From positions 1 through 46,535 of the IMG/VR virus record IMGVR_UViG_3300016476_000328: a DNA stretch of 46,535 nt; one strand, given 5' to 3'. Below, one piece after another: positions 1-10,717 of this stretch. Below the pieces are notes generated by a model, which ran no database searches, was not told the DNA's origin, and worked only from the letters and a program-made list of their open reading frames with translations. Position 1 is the stretch's first letter. Each line of letters begins with the position of its first letter. Both the position numbers and the translations under genes were made by a program. The DNA is from a virus. Taxonomy: Duplodnaviria; Caudoviricetes.

Positions 1-249
1 GACGCTTTTAAAAACATACAGGGTATACTTACAGACACCAGCAGACTAAGCGGTATCAAAGAATGGCGTTTTAAAGGACTTAAAATGCCTTCAGATCTAC
101 CTTTTGATCAGGATAACTTTATTGCAAATATCATTACAGACCCAGTGGAATATGAGAGCAGAAATCCCAAGGAAGATGAAGAAGAACAAGAGCGCCAGGC
201 TGCTACAGAGTCTATTAAGAAAAGACTCAATTTCCTAATGAAATATTAA
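1..249 (+). CDS. hypothetical protein, 5'-truncated by window edge
   Basis: Frame 1 is open from base 1 ([11 protein letters not shown]...NFLMKY) to TAA at 247-249, which overlaps the infA ATG. Confidence 0.75.
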   Translation, partial: DAFKNIQGILTDTSRLSGIKEWRFKGLKMPSDLPFDQDNFIANIITDPVEYESRNPKEDEEEQERQAATESIKKRLNFLMKY

Positions 250-473
250 TGAGCAAAGAGGACCTAATTAAAGTTAAAGGGCGTGTGGTTGAATGTTTAC
301 CAAATGCCATGTTTAAAGTAGAGCTACAAGAAATAAAGAAAGTTATACTTGCTACTATTTCTGGTAAGATCAGAAAACATAACATAAACATTTTAATGCA
401 CGATTTTGTTGATGTGGAGCTTAGTGCATACGACCTTACTAAAGGCCGCATAACTTTTAGGCATAAAAAATGA
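249..473 (+). CDS. infA: translation initiation factor IF-1
   Basis: 74 aa; [22 protein letters not shown]...[10 protein letters not shown]...[16 protein letters not shown] is the typical IF-1 pattern. Confidence 0.95.
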   Translation: MSKEDLIKVKGRVVECLPNAMFKVELQEIKKVILATISGKIRKHNINILMHDFVDVELSAYDLTKGRITFRHKK

Positions 474-982
474 GTCAACTAATATGGATGATTGACCTAA
501 TCCCAAACTTCTTCTGGACATTGGTCTTCTGGGCAGGTATTCTAGCACTTGCTGCATCTTACCTACTGGGTAAATTACCACTTGTTTCACAGTACAAGCT
601 ACCGCTTAGGATAGGTGGAGTTGTTGCTCTATTGATTGGTACATACTTCCAAGGCGTAATAGCCAACGAGAGTAAGTGGCAAGCAAGGGTAGACGAACTT
701 CAAAGACAGGTTAAGGAAGCAGAAGCCGAGGGAGAAGCGGCTAACGTAAAATTAGGCCAAACACTTGAAGAGAACAAAAAGCTCGCAGCCAATAAAGGCA
801 AAGAGATCGTCAAATACATAGACAAGTGGCGCACAAAGGAAATCCTGACAGAAGTTCAAGGCCCTGAGCGTGTTAGAGTAGAAGAAGTTATTAAGTATAT
901 CGAAAGTTGTCCTGTACCTAAAGAAATGTTAGACATTCACAATAAGGGTGCGGAGAAGCCTGTTAAGGGAGAAGCCAAATGA
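470..982 (+). CDS. probable inner-membrane spanin (Rz-like)
   Basis: N-terminal TM segments then a coiled coil; overlaps a downstream lipoprotein gene. Confidence 0.6.
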   Translation: MSQLIWMIDLIPNFFWTLVFWAGILALAASYLLGKLPLVSQYKLPLRIGGVVALLIGTYFQGVIANESKWQARVDELQRQVKEAEAEGEAANVKLGQTLEENKKLAANKGKEIVKYIDKWRTKEILTEVQGPERVRVEEVIKYIESCPVPKEMLDIHNKGAEKPVKGEAK

Positions 983-1248
983 GAATACTTGCCGTTTTAA
1001 TCGCAGCAGTTGCTCTGTCTGGTTGCAGTGTATTCCTTCCAGCTAAACCAAAATTTCCAGAACCAACCAAAGGTCTAACAGAACCTTGCCCTGATCTTAA
1101 AAAGGTAGAAGGTGATCAGGTTGCTATCACTGAACTATTGCGAACAGTCGTAGAAAACTATACACTATATCATGAATGCAGTATCAAAAATGATGGCTGG
1201 AATGATTGGTACAAGAAGCAAAAAGAAATTTACGATCGAATAAAATGA
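979..1248 (+). CDS. probable outer-membrane spanin lipoprotein (Rz1-like)
   Basis: Signal peptide with lipobox LSGC, Pro-rich segment, PCPDL and Y..C motifs. Confidence 0.7.
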   Translation: MRILAVLIAAVALSGCSVFLPAKPKFPEPTKGLTEPCPDLKKVEGDQVAITELLRTVVENYTLYHECSIKNDGWNDWYKKQKEIYDRIK

Positions 1249-1505
1249 AATCACTAACCTTGCTTACTGCAAGTTTGATACTGGCTGGTTGTGCGTCAAC
1301 CAATGACTACCAAACATACATTGATCACACCAGCCGAGTGCAACAATCAATTAACGCATCAGAAGCTGCCTGCTTCTTAGTTTTGGCTGAGGCTATGAAA
1401 AATGCAGACACCATTGCCAAAACAGCTATATCAACACAGATTGATAAATGCAAAAAAGAACCACCAAAAATAGAGTCTCCAGGCAAAAACTGGTTAGGCT
1501 TCTAA
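1245..1505 (+). CDS. small lipoprotein
   Basis: ATG at 1245 (ATGA overlap); MKSLTLLTASLILAGC lipobox. Confidence 0.7.
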   Translation: MKSLTLLTASLILAGCASTNDYQTYIDHTSRVQQSINASEAACFLVLAEAMKNADTIAKTAISTQIDKCKKEPPKIESPGKNWLGF

Positions 1506-1534
1506 TTGACTTTAAAGGTCATTTGCTATAAAAT
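1506..1534 (+). promoter_or_regulatory. sigma70-type promoter for def-clpA
   Basis: TTGACT-17 nt-TAAAAT ending 6 nt before the def ATG; transcript may be leaderless. Confidence 0.65.
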
Positions 1535-1540
1535 TGCAAC

Positions 1541-2035
1541 ATGACTGTTTTAACTCTAGTAGATGAAAATGATCCTATTTTGTCCACACCTGCTGTGGCA
1601 TGGGATTGGGAAGCGGATGGAGAGGTAGCAGAACTTGCACACTCCATGCTAAAATTCATGTTTGAAAATAATGGTATTGGACTCGCTGCGCCACAAGTTG
1701 GTATTAACAAGCGAGTCCTTGTCATGGGCAACCAACAAAAAAGTTATGTCTGTGTAAATCCAGAAATTATCAGTGTGGAGGGTAAATGTAGAGACCAAGA
1801 AGGATGCCTAAGCTACCCCGGCCTATGGCTACATGTTGACCGAGCAGAGACAATTAAAGTAAAATATCAAGACATCATTGGAAGAGAACAAGAACACGAG
1901 TTTTCCGGTGTTGTAGCTCGAGTATTCCAACATGAGTATGACCATTTAAATGGTGTGTGCTTTGTAAATAAAGTTGGTAAGCTAAGTTTGGACCTCGCTA
2001 AAAAGCGTAGGGCAAAGAATTTAAAAAGGAAGTAA
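1541..2035 (+). CDS. def: peptide deformylase
   Basis: All three motifs present: GIGLAAPQ, EGCLS, HEYDH. Confidence 0.97.
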   Translation: MTVLTLVDENDPILSTPAVAWDWEADGEVAELAHSMLKFMFENNGIGLAAPQVGINKRVLVMGNQQKSYVCVNPEIISVEGKCRDQEGCLSYPGLWLHVDRAETIKVKYQDIIGREQEHEFSGVVARVFQHEYDHLNGVCFVNKVGKLSLDLAKKRRAKNLKRK

Positions 2036-2037
2036 TT

Positions 2038-4242
2038 ATGGCAATGGAAGACAACCAACCCATTAATGAGATTCTGGAGCGAGCTTTTAGGCTGGCCCTG
2101 AACAACGAACACGAGTATGTGACACTGGAGCATCTTACCATTGTTCTACTAGAAAACAAGGATATTGTAGATATCCTAACTGGACTGAATATCCACAATG
2201 TGCCCATCATTGAGGATCTTAAGACTTTCCTAAACGGACAAGATTATCTTATCGTCAGCGGTCTTACAAAGCCACGTAAAACACAGAGCCTGGAACGTGC
2301 GTTTAATCGTGCTTTCACACAGGCAATCTTTAATGGTCGCGCCAGCATCGCCCCGCAGGATATGATCCTGAGCGTACTCAGCGAGAAGAATAGCCATGCT
2401 TGTTTTTACCTAATGCAGCATGGCGTAACTAAAGAAACGTTCCTGGATGCCATCGGCAAGACTGGCAAGCTGGAAGACAAGAGCAAGAATGCAGCGGAAC
2501 GTCTGCTCAAGGAATATTGCATCAACATGAACGTTGAAGCAAAGAGTGGAAACGTAGACCCTCTAATTGGTCGCAATGAAGAAGTAGGAAAGCTAGCACA
2601 AATCCTTGCTCGACGTAAAAAGCGTAATGCTATCCTTGTGGGTGACCCTGGTGTTGGTAAGACCGCAATCGTAGAGGGTTTGGCTCGCAAGATTATTGAG
2701 AAAGATATTCCACATACGCTGGCCGATGCCACGGTTTACAGTCTTGATATGGGCGCACTGATGGCAGGTACCAAGTATCGCGGTGACTTCGAGGAACGCC
2801 TTAAGAACGTGATTGATGTGCTAGAGTCTAAGGACGATGTGGTACTGTTCATTGACGAGATTCACACCATGGTTGGTGCAGGTGCCGCTGGCAGCAGCAA
2901 CATGGACATGGCTAACCTGTTGAAACCCGCCCTCACACGCGGTAAACTGCAAGTGATTGGTAGCACGACCTACGAGGAATATCGAGAAACAATTGAACCT
3001 GACCGTGCTCTTGCTCGTCGTTTCACTAAACTGGACGTTCATGAGATGGAGCCCGATGATTGCAAGATCATGCTTCGTGCTCTGATGCCACAGTACGAAC
3101 TCTATCACGAAATTCAGGTGGATGACGCTGCAATTGACGCAGTTGTTGATCTCAGTGTAACACACATGCACGATAGGTTCTTACCTGACAAGGCCATTGA
3201 CATTCTGGACAGTGCCATGGCAAAGCTCAAGGTTGAAAACATTGAGAACTTCCTAAGTGTAGATGCTGTCAAGCAAGAAATCAGCGAGCAAGCTAAGATT
3301 CCTGTTGAACAACTAACTATTCGTACTGACTCGCAAAATATCAACTACGAGTCCAGTATCAAGAGCAAGGTATTTGGTCAGAATAATGCCGTTGATCAGC
3401 TACTAGATGCTGTCTATATTGCTAAGGCCGGTCTAAAAGACATCACCAAGCCAATGGGTAGCTACTTGTTTGTTGGACCAACGGGTGTTGGTAAGACAGA
3501 GCTTGCACAACAATTGGCAAACTGCCTGAACATGAAGCTTCTGCGCTATGACATGGGCGAGTACATGGAAAGCCACAAGGTTGCTAGCCTTATTGGTGCA
3601 CCTCCTGGCTATGTGGGTTATGGCGAAGGTGGTGCTGGTGGTGGTAAACTGATCAACGACCTTGAGCAGTATCCTAGTGCAATCCTACTGCTCGACGAGG
3701 TGGAAAAAGCTCACCCAGATGTGCTCAACATCCTCTTGGGCGTAATGGATAACGGCATGCTTACTGCAAGCAATGGCAAAACTGTCAGTTGCCGCAACGT
3801 GATCCTGATCATGACATCTAACCTGGGTGCCAGAGACGGTGAACGCAACAAGATTGGCTTTGACAATAGCACAAACAAAACTGCGAGTATTGAGGCTGTG
3901 AACAAACACTTTACACCTGAATTCCGTAACAGGCTTGATGCTATTATCGAATTCAATAGGCTTGGTAAAGAACAAGTTCGACCAATTGCAATGAAGTTCA
4001 TTAATGAACTGAACGAATTGCTGGTCCCAAGGAACATCCAACTAACAGTGCGCCCTGCTGCACTTGAAAAGTTGGTTGAAGAAGGGTTCGACGAGAAGAT
4101 GGGTGCTAGACCTATGAAGAGGATCATCAGTGAGAAGATCAAGAAGCCTCTGAGCAAGAAGATCGTGTTTGATAACATCACTGACTGCACCCTGACCGTT
4201 GACCATAATGGTACTGATTATGAAATTAGGCAAGTTTCCTGA
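2038..4242 (+). CDS. clpA: ATP-dependent Clp protease ATP-binding subunit ClpA
   Basis: Clp-N domain; two AAA+ modules (GDPGVGKT, GPTGVGKT); no ClpB middle domain; IGF loop; 734 aa. Confidence 0.93.
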   Translation: MAMEDNQPINEILERAFRLALNNEHEYVTLEHLTIVLLENKDIVDILTGLNIHNVPIIEDLKTFLNGQDYLIVSGLTKPRKTQSLERAFNRAFTQAIFNGRASIAPQDMILSVLSEKNSHACFYLMQHGVTKETFLDAIGKTGKLEDKSKNAAERLLKEYCINMNVEAKSGNVDPLIGRNEEVGKLAQILARRKKRNAILVGDPGVGKTAIVEGLARKIIEKDIPHTLADATVYSLDMGALMAGTKYRGDFEERLKNVIDVLESKDDVVLFIDEIHTMVGAGAAGSSNMDMANLLKPALTRGKLQVIGSTTYEEYRETIEPDRALARRFTKLDVHEMEPDDCKIMLRALMPQYELYHEIQVDDAAIDAVVDLSVTHMHDRFLPDKAIDILDSAMAKLKVENIENFLSVDAVKQEISEQAKIPVEQLTIRTDSQNINYESSIKSKVFGQNNAVDQLLDAVYIAKAGLKDITKPMGSYLFVGPTGVGKTELAQQLANCLNMKLLRYDMGEYMESHKVASLIGAPPGYVGYGEGGAGGGKLINDLEQYPSAILLLDEVEKAHPDVLNILLGVMDNGMLTASNGKTVSCRNVILIMTSNLGARDGERNKIGFDNSTNKTASIEAVNKHFTPEFRNRLDAIIEFNRLGKEQVRPIAMKFINELNELLVPRNIQLTVRPAALEKLVEEGFDEKMGARPMKRIISEKIKKPLSKKIVFDNITDCTLTVDHNGTDYEIRQVS

Positions 4243-4930
4243 ATCTGTCAGGGTAAACCACACTGTAAAGCTGTTCTATAGGAAATACTCCTATAGGGCA
4301 TGCTTTAAGATAGACACATCGCTCATTGTTGAATCCACGATTTCAAGAAACTGGTACGGGTCCCGCAGACATTCCAATGTCACACAGCTACGGGCAGATC
4401 TCAAGCGTAAGATTGAATCTAAAATTCCCGACGGAGCTGATTTTCGACTAAGGTGTGAGCATTCTGTAGTTTCTGTTTATCTCAACGACGAAGCATTGTT
4501 TGACGACCTAGTAAGTAAGATGCGTGAGCGACTGCATGAAGTCACTATCCCTGCTAACGAATCTCACAAAACTGTCATGAATGAGAATCATAGGATTAGA
4601 GTGCGTGAGCGCTTGTTCTATGATACTTTTAGATTCAAGGTTAAAATCAAGAACACTTGGTCGGAGAGGTTTAATGACTTCGACGGTCTCAAGCAGTTTC
4701 TGGACAACCTTGAAGTTGACCAATACAACAACACCAGGTGGAAAGCAAACGATCCCCTACGAAGAGTGTTTTTAATGACGGAAGAGGAACGTAGCAGACC
4801 AAAATATAGATACATTTCTAGTTCATTTGGTGTCTATCTAAATGACGAGCAGGATGTTATGATGCTGCAATTATGGCTCAACAAGCATTATGACAGTGCT
4901 GAGAAGGTTGTTTTGATATCTGAACTCTAA
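4220..4930 (+). CDS. hypothetical protein
   Basis: Long ORF overlapping the clpA end; start uncertain (ATG 4220 chosen). Confidence 0.75.
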   Translation: MKLGKFPESVRVNHTVKLFYRKYSYRACFKIDTSLIVESTISRNWYGSRRHSNVTQLRADLKRKIESKIPDGADFRLRCEHSVVSVYLNDEALFDDLVSKMRERLHEVTIPANESHKTVMNENHRIRVRERLFYDTFRFKVKIKNTWSERFNDFDGLKQFLDNLEVDQYNNTRWKANDPLRRVFLMTEEERSRPKYRYISSSFGVYLNDEQDVMMLQLWLNKHYDSAEKVVLISEL

Positions 4931-4949
4931 CTAAATTAACACTCTACAT

Positions 4950-4981
4950 AAAGGCGCAATTTCGGTTGCGCCTTTCATTTT
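4950..4981 (+). terminator. Rho-independent terminator
   Basis: AAAGGCGCAA-TTTCGG-TTGCGCCTTT stem-loop followed by CATTTT. Confidence 0.75.
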
Positions 4982-5009
4982 GGCTAAATATTACTAATGG
5001 AGAGTCAAA

Positions 5010-5177
5010 ATGGCTAAAATCGTAGAAGACGTAATCGTAATCAAATTCAGCAAAATCGTTAAAGATAGCGAATCCGAAACAGCGGGCATCGCTGGTGCGG
5101 AAGTGCAGGCAGCACTGGAACAGGTAGCTCAAGAACTAGTGGGCGATGCAGTTGTAGTAGAGGTCGAACGAGCATGA
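5010..5177 (+). CDS. small hypothetical protein (55 aa, not in ORF track)
   Basis: GGAG RBS; MAKIVEDVIVIKFSK...VEVERA; stop overlaps the next ATG; TAAATA at 4985. Confidence 0.75.
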   Translation: MAKIVEDVIVIKFSKIVKDSESETAGIAGAEVQAALEQVAQELVGDAVVVEVERA

Positions 5178-5539
5178 ACCCAACCACAGTAACCATGATG
5201 GTAGGCAATGGACTTGCGGATCAGCTAAGTGATGCGGTCCGAGGCGATGGCTATTATGGCTACCGCGAGGGATACCATACGATGGCGATACAGTTTAACA
5301 ACTTTATCGGAAGAATTCAAATAGAAGCTACTTTAGAACTAGAACCTACAGAAGCTGACTGGTTTCCAATCTGGCTTACACCAAGTCATCCCTGGAGAGA
5401 ATACAATACTGCAAAGAATGGAACGGAAGCGTTTACATTTCAGGGCAACTTTGTGTTAGTTCGTTTTAGAAAAGAACGTAGCTATCTAAACAGCACATCA
5501 CCAGTAGGTGATATCACTAAAGTTATGTTGAGCATTTAA
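5174..5539 (+). CDS. hypothetical, probably virion beta-rich protein
   Basis: 121-aa ORF coupled to its neighbours, directly before the fibre gene. Confidence 0.7.
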   Translation: MNPTTVTMMVGNGLADQLSDAVRGDGYYGYREGYHTMAIQFNNFIGRIQIEATLELEPTEADWFPIWLTPSHPWREYNTAKNGTEAFTFQGNFVLVRFRKERSYLNSTSPVGDITKVMLSI

Positions 5540-5542
5540 GAC

Positions 5543-8500
5543 ATGGCAATTTATATTAACAATTTGGGGAGCGGAGATCTTCCCCTACAACTTAACAATC
5601 CGCAAGACGGCGAAAGTTTAGTATGGAGCCAAGAATTGGGTGCCTATGTCAATGCTCCTGCTGGTGCTAGCACAGAAGAAGTACAAGACATAGTTGCTGA
5701 CATGGTAGAGGTAGACCCAAATGGTCTAAACCTTAAGTTAGTCAGCGTATACGACGACGTCACTGGCAAGCTAACATTTAATGTTGTATCAGAAGGCGGC
5801 ACAGGTGGTGCTGGCGGCGCCGGTACAATCATCATCAAAGAAAACGGTGCAACTAGAGGTTCTGTTGCAGCCATAGACTTTGTTGGCCCTGGCATCAACG
5901 TAGACGGTGCGACAGCGACTATCACAGGTCTATTGGACAGTGTTAGAATCAGCAATGCAGGTACTAATATTGGTAATGCAATTGAGCTGGACCTTACAGG
6001 TTTCCAAGTTGAAGTTGTAGATGGTGTTGCAAGAATAACAGCACCAGGACTACCTATTGCAAGTCCAACTAACCTTGGCGCAGTTCGCGTAGATGGTACA
6101 AGTATCGTAGTTGACGACAATGGTGTTATCAGCGCAACAGGTGGTGGCGCAGGTGGTTACACACTACCAACTGCTACAGGTAGCATACTTGGTGGTATCA
6201 AAATTGGTTCTGGTTTAAGTATAGATGGTAACGGCGTTGTCAGTGTAACAGGCGGTACTGGTGGTATCACATTAACTGACGTTGGTACATACCTAAACCT
6301 AAATGGCTACGCAACACAAACATATGTACAAGGTCAGGTAAGCAACCTAATCAATAGTGCTCCTAGTTTGTTAGATACTCTAAACGAACTTGCAGCAGCA
6401 ATTGGTAACGATCCTAACTTTGTAACAACAATAACAAACAGTCTAAGCGGTAAGCTAAGTCTAAGTGGCGGAACAATGACAGGTCCGCTAACTCTTGCAT
6501 CTGACCCAACATCATCTCTACAGGCTGCAACAAAACAGTATGTAGACAACATTATTGCAAACATGCCAACACCAACGACAGCATTGGCTTCGTTGTCTGA
6601 TGTGGATGTTTCCAGCAAGCTAAATGGTCAGATCTTAGGTTGGAACGGAAGCAAGTGGGTTGCAGTTAATAACAGCGGTGCAACAGGTGCTACTGGTCCA
6701 CAGGGTCCACAGGGTCCTGCTGGTACAAGCATCGCAAGTGCAACAGTTTCCCTACAAGGCAGACTATTAGTAACGCTAACAGACAGCACAGTAATTGATG
6801 CAGGTAGCGTTGCAGGCATCAATATTGCTTCTGTGAATGCCAACGGTCAACTGATCCTACAAAAACAAGATGGCACAACAATTAACGCAGGTAGCGTAGT
6901 TGGTCCACAGGGTCCTGCGGGTCCAACAGGTGCTACTGGTTCTCCTGGTGCTAAGGGCGATAGAGGTATAAGTGTTTACCAGGCAGTAGTTGATGGTGAT
7001 GGTAACCTAGTAATCACTTTAGACGATGCAAGTCAGCTAAATGCAGGTAGTGTAATTGGTCCACAAGGTCCACAGGGTGTACAAGGTCCTGCAGGACGTA
7101 GTATTGCAAACAGCGGCGTCGTTGTTGATCCTTCCGGCTATCTACAAGTTACATTGACAGACGGCACAACAATTAACGCTGGTTATGTTGTTGGTCCACA
7201 AGGTAGCACAGGTGCTACGGGTGCTCAAGGTCCTAAGGGTGACAAGGGCGACACAGGTGCGACAGGTCCACAGGGTCTAAGCTACACAATTAATGGTAAG
7301 AGTGGCAGTGTACAGATCTACGGTCTAGCAAATACAACACAAGTTGGCTATGACTTTGAAGTAGATTTGTCCAACAAGGCCAACAAACTTACAACAGCAA
7401 GAACAATCAGCCTAAGCGGCAAAGTAACTGGTCTAACAAGTTTCGATGGTAGCGGTAACGTTAACATCACTACTGCTCTGAGTGGCGTTACAACCAGCGA
7501 TGTTAGCGAGGGTGCTAACCAATACTTTACTCAAGCAAGAGCAAGGGCGGCTTTGAGTAGCGCATCTGATGGCAGTATCACTAGCCTAATCAGCTACGAT
7601 GACGCAACCGGTGTTATCAAGTATAGAGCAAATACAAGTTACATCACTGAAGGTACAAACCTATACTTTACAAACACAAGAGCAGACGCTCGTGCAGATT
7701 TCAGAATCAGTCAGGCAAGTATCAATGCTCTAGCAGACGTTGATACAGCAACAGTACCACCAACCAACGGTCAAGTACTAACATGGACTGGTAGCGCATG
7801 GACACCTAGCAGTGTTGCGGGTGGCTCTGGATCTGTTCTAAGTGTTAACAGCAAGACAGGTGCAGTTGTTCTAAATACGGATGACGTTGCCGAAGGCACC
7901 ACAAATCTATATTATACAACTACACGTTGGGATCAGCGTTTGTCCACAAAGACAACCGATAACCTAACAGAAGGTTCAACTAACAAGTATTTCAGCAATA
8001 CTCTTGCTAGAAACGCTCTTGCAGCCGGTACTGGCTTAACATACAACAGCAGCACAGGTACTTTCAGTATCAGTGCAAACACAGACCAAGTTAGCGAAGG
8101 CAGCAGCAACCTATACTTTACAAACAGTAGGTTTGACACACGCTTTGGTCAAAGTAATCTAAGTGCACTGGCAGACGTTGCAGATACTACTCCTACAACA
8201 GGCCAAGCATTGGCTTGGAACGGTAGTGCTTGGGCTCCTACAACAATCAGTCCTGGTACAGGCGGTGCAGGTGGTGGTACAAGTGGTGTTTACCGAGCAA
8301 GTGTTCAAGTTGATTACGATGCAAGTGGTAACTTATCTGGTGTAAGTGTACTGAGTGGTGGTATTGCAGCCGTCATCGCAACAGCAACAAGTACAACAGC
8401 TACAGTGACATTTACATTTACAGGCAGTGTTTGCCCTCCACTAGGTGTGCAAGTTTACGGTTATCAACGTGCCACAAACGTGTACGTTTCAAGAGCCCTA

Positions 8501-8686
8501 GCAAGTGACTTTACAACAAGGACGATTGCAGCGGGTGGTACAAGTGGTAGCCCAACAGCATTCAGTGCGTTTGATTCAAGCGTTAACACAATGACTTTGA
8601 GTTTAACAAAGTCCTTGACTGGTGCTAGTGCAAACGTTGGTCAAACAACACATGCAGTGGTACAGTTCTTATTGAGCAGTTCTTAA
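5543..8686 (+). CDS. tail fibre-like protein with collagen G-X-Y repeats
   Basis: G/T/S-rich; GPQGPQGPAG tracts; LDTLNELAAAIGND and AATKQYVD fibre motifs; five TxxVxEG-xNLYFT repeats. Confidence 0.85.
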   Translation: MAIYINNLGSGDLPLQLNNPQDGESLVWSQELGAYVNAPAGASTEEVQDIVADMVEVDPNGLNLKLVSVYDDVTGKLTFNVVSEGGTGGAGGAGTIIIKENGATRGSVAAIDFVGPGINVDGATATITGLLDSVRISNAGTNIGNAIELDLTGFQVEVVDGVARITAPGLPIASPTNLGAVRVDGTSIVVDDNGVISATGGGAGGYTLPTATGSILGGIKIGSGLSIDGNGVVSVTGGTGGITLTDVGTYLNLNGYATQTYVQGQVSNLINSAPSLLDTLNELAAAIGNDPNFVTTITNSLSGKLSLSGGTMTGPLTLASDPTSSLQAATKQYVDNIIANMPTPTTALASLSDVDVSSKLNGQILGWNGSKWVAVNNSGATGATGPQGPQGPAGTSIASATVSLQGRLLVTLTDSTVIDAGSVAGINIASVNANGQLILQKQDGTTINAGSVVGPQGPAGPTGATGSPGAKGDRGISVYQAVVDGDGNLVITLDDASQLNAGSVIGPQGPQGVQGPAGRSIANSGVVVDPSGYLQVTLTDGTTINAGYVVGPQGSTGATGAQGPKGDKGDTGATGPQGLSYTINGKSGSVQIYGLANTTQVGYDFEVDLSNKANKLTTARTISLSGKVTGLTSFDGSGNVNITTALSGVTTSDVSEGANQYFTQARARAALSSASDGSITSLISYDDATGVIKYRANTSYITEGTNLYFTNTRADARADFRISQASINALADVDTATVPPTNGQVLTWTGSAWTPSSVAGGSGSVLSVNSKTGAVVLNTDDVAEGTTNLYYTTTRWDQRLSTKTTDNLTEGSTNKYFSNTLARNALAAGTGLTYNSSTGTFSISANTDQVSEGSSNLYFTNSRFDTRFGQSNLSALADVADTTPTTGQALAWNGSAWAPTTISPGTGGAGGGTSGVYRASVQVDYDASGNLSGVSVLSGGIAAVIATATSTTATVTFTFTGSVCPPLGVQVYGYQRATNVYVSRALASDFTTRTIAAGGTSGSPTAFSAFDSSVNTMTLSLTKSLTGASANVGQTTHAVVQFLLSSS

Positions 8687-8700
8687 TTTAAGGAAGTTAG

Positions 8701-10707
8701 ATGACAATTAATGCGTGGAAAACTAGCTTTGCGGGGATCAATAAACCCGCAAAGGTTCTTGCGGGATCTGCAGATTCTTTCACTCCCGTAAGTCTTTGGC
8801 CACATGCTAACGGGGACGATGATCCATACTGGAGTGGCGGACCCAACCCACAATTCTATAGGTGGGAAGTTACATTTTCTATCAATGAAAAATCACATGG
8901 TAGTCATTTAACTAGAACTCCATTCAAGTTTGATGCACAAGATATTGAAGTAGGTGATTTCGTTGCTGGTGCACAGGACGGCAAGGTTTGCCAGATCATG
9001 AGCATTACAGCCAAAACTAATACTACATTGACTGCGATTGTAGAGGATAGACTACGTTACAATACATTCCGTGATCCAACTGGCTTTGGATTGTTTAGTA
9101 CACCAGGTCCGGTGATCTTCTTCCAGATCAACGAACTAGGCTACCCAATGCTTGACCCTGTTCCAGGTGAGGCAGCGGCGGACTTCTTTAGTAATGTAAT
9201 GAGTAGATTCCAGTATTTGAATCCACTAACAAATTACATACTAGAAAAGAACAATCACGGCTTTGAGCAAGGCGATGCAATCTGTATTGAGAATGGTGAG
9301 TTTGTTCTTAGTGACAGCGACAACGTAACAAAATTCATAGGAACAGTTTTACATGCTGGTCCTGGACCAAACCAATTTATCTTAAAGCCAGCTAACGGTA
9401 TCATTGACTTTGTACCTGGATTACCCGGCGCCGTGGGTGATTACATTTATCCTAGCATAGATGGCAGTGGTGATCTAACAACCAGCGATGTAAGTCGCAG
9501 ACCTATCTTCTTAAAGGTTGCAGATGCTATCCCATGTACAACAACAGGCACCGGCATAGACCCAATGGGAACTGATGGTGATATCATAGAACTGAACAGG
9601 GTACAAATAACCTTATCCAGTGGCAATGGAACCTACAACGTAGACGACGCGGTAAGTCTTATTAACGCTGCCTCATCTAGTCACAAGATAACAGCAAGCA
9701 AAGTTGGTGCAGCGACCGAAGTTTTATCTGACCCCGCTACCCTAGGCAGTGCTTATGGTATTGTGGCTGGTTACACTCCATTCAGTGCAGAGATCAACGG
9801 TGTACTTGTTAACTTTACAACAACCACAAGTGGTGCAGCAGCCTACGGCGATCCTGCGGTTGCAGACGCTAACGACATGGTAACTGATATCAATGCGGCA
9901 GGTATTCCTGACGTAGTTGCTAAAGTTGTAGACGGAAGCCTAATTAGACTAAGGCACAACTCTGGTGGTGCTATCAACATAGTTAATGTTACGGCAGACG
10001 GTAACGGAAATTCTTTTGCGGGATCAATCAGTCTAAGTAGTTTGCCAACAACTACGGCAGAAAATACCACTACGTTTACTCTAAGATTAACCAGACAGGA
10101 CGGTGGTCCATTAACAATACGTGACTTCCAGGGAACCTTCCTAAATGACTGCGGGGTAATCAGCGGACAAAACGGACGCTATGCTCTTGGTCTATATATT
10201 GAGCAAGGTCTGCGTAGTAGCAATACCACAGTAGTCGCCAATATAGCAGCAAGAGATGCACTGTATCCTCTGGTAGGTGACCAAGCCTACGTTATTAATG
10301 ACGAAAATGGTGAGTGGGCGTTGTTTTTATTTGATGGTTCTGCATGGAAACGTGCAGCAAATGAGCGCAGTGAGACCACAGATGCCAGAACACTGACTAC
10401 AACATTTGATGTTGCTGCCCTGGGAGCAGGAACACATACACAAAGTCTTGGCTACATAAGCCAGGGTAGAACAATTATCAGCGTAAAGGTGCTCGTAACC
10501 TCTACGTGCCCGAGTGGAAGCGAGATAGCAGTAGGAATAAATTCTGGTCCTATTGTTTTAGACGTAAAAGACGCTACACTAACCCAAATAGGAACTTACT
10601 CTGTTAACTCAGAGCTCAGGGTTTCTAGCTACTCAGAAGCAGTGGCAGATTTGTATATCCCTAGCTCGGGCGCAGGGGAAGTTACAGTAATTTTAACATA
10701 CGTATAA
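8701..10707 (+). CDS. probable virion structural protein
   Basis: 668 aa, beta-rich and G/T/S-rich, follows the fibre gene. Confidence 0.7.
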   Translation: MTINAWKTSFAGINKPAKVLAGSADSFTPVSLWPHANGDDDPYWSGGPNPQFYRWEVTFSINEKSHGSHLTRTPFKFDAQDIEVGDFVAGAQDGKVCQIMSITAKTNTTLTAIVEDRLRYNTFRDPTGFGLFSTPGPVIFFQINELGYPMLDPVPGEAAADFFSNVMSRFQYLNPLTNYILEKNNHGFEQGDAICIENGEFVLSDSDNVTKFIGTVLHAGPGPNQFILKPANGIIDFVPGLPGAVGDYIYPSIDGSGDLTTSDVSRRPIFLKVADAIPCTTTGTGIDPMGTDGDIIELNRVQITLSSGNGTYNVDDAVSLINAASSSHKITASKVGAATEVLSDPATLGSAYGIVAGYTPFSAEINGVLVNFTTTTSGAAAYGDPAVADANDMVTDINAAGIPDVVAKVVDGSLIRLRHNSGGAINIVNVTADGNGNSFAGSISLSSLPTTTAENTTTFTLRLTRQDGGPLTIRDFQGTFLNDCGVISGQNGRYALGLYIEQGLRSSNTTVVANIAARDALYPLVGDQAYVINDENGEWALFLFDGSAWKRAANERSETTDARTLTTTFDVAALGAGTHTQSLGYISQGRTIISVKVLVTSTCPSGSEIAVGINSGPIVLDVKDATLTQIGTYSVNSELRVSSYSEAVADLYIPSSGAGEVTVILTYV

Positions 10708-10717
10708 AGGAGAGACT

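Noticed and set aside
8727-8768. Inverted repeat CTTTGCGGG/CCCGCAAAG plus a third TTGCGGGA copy near the start of ORF 8701
   Set aside because: Lies inside coding sequence with no U-tract; a function cannot be supported from sequence alone
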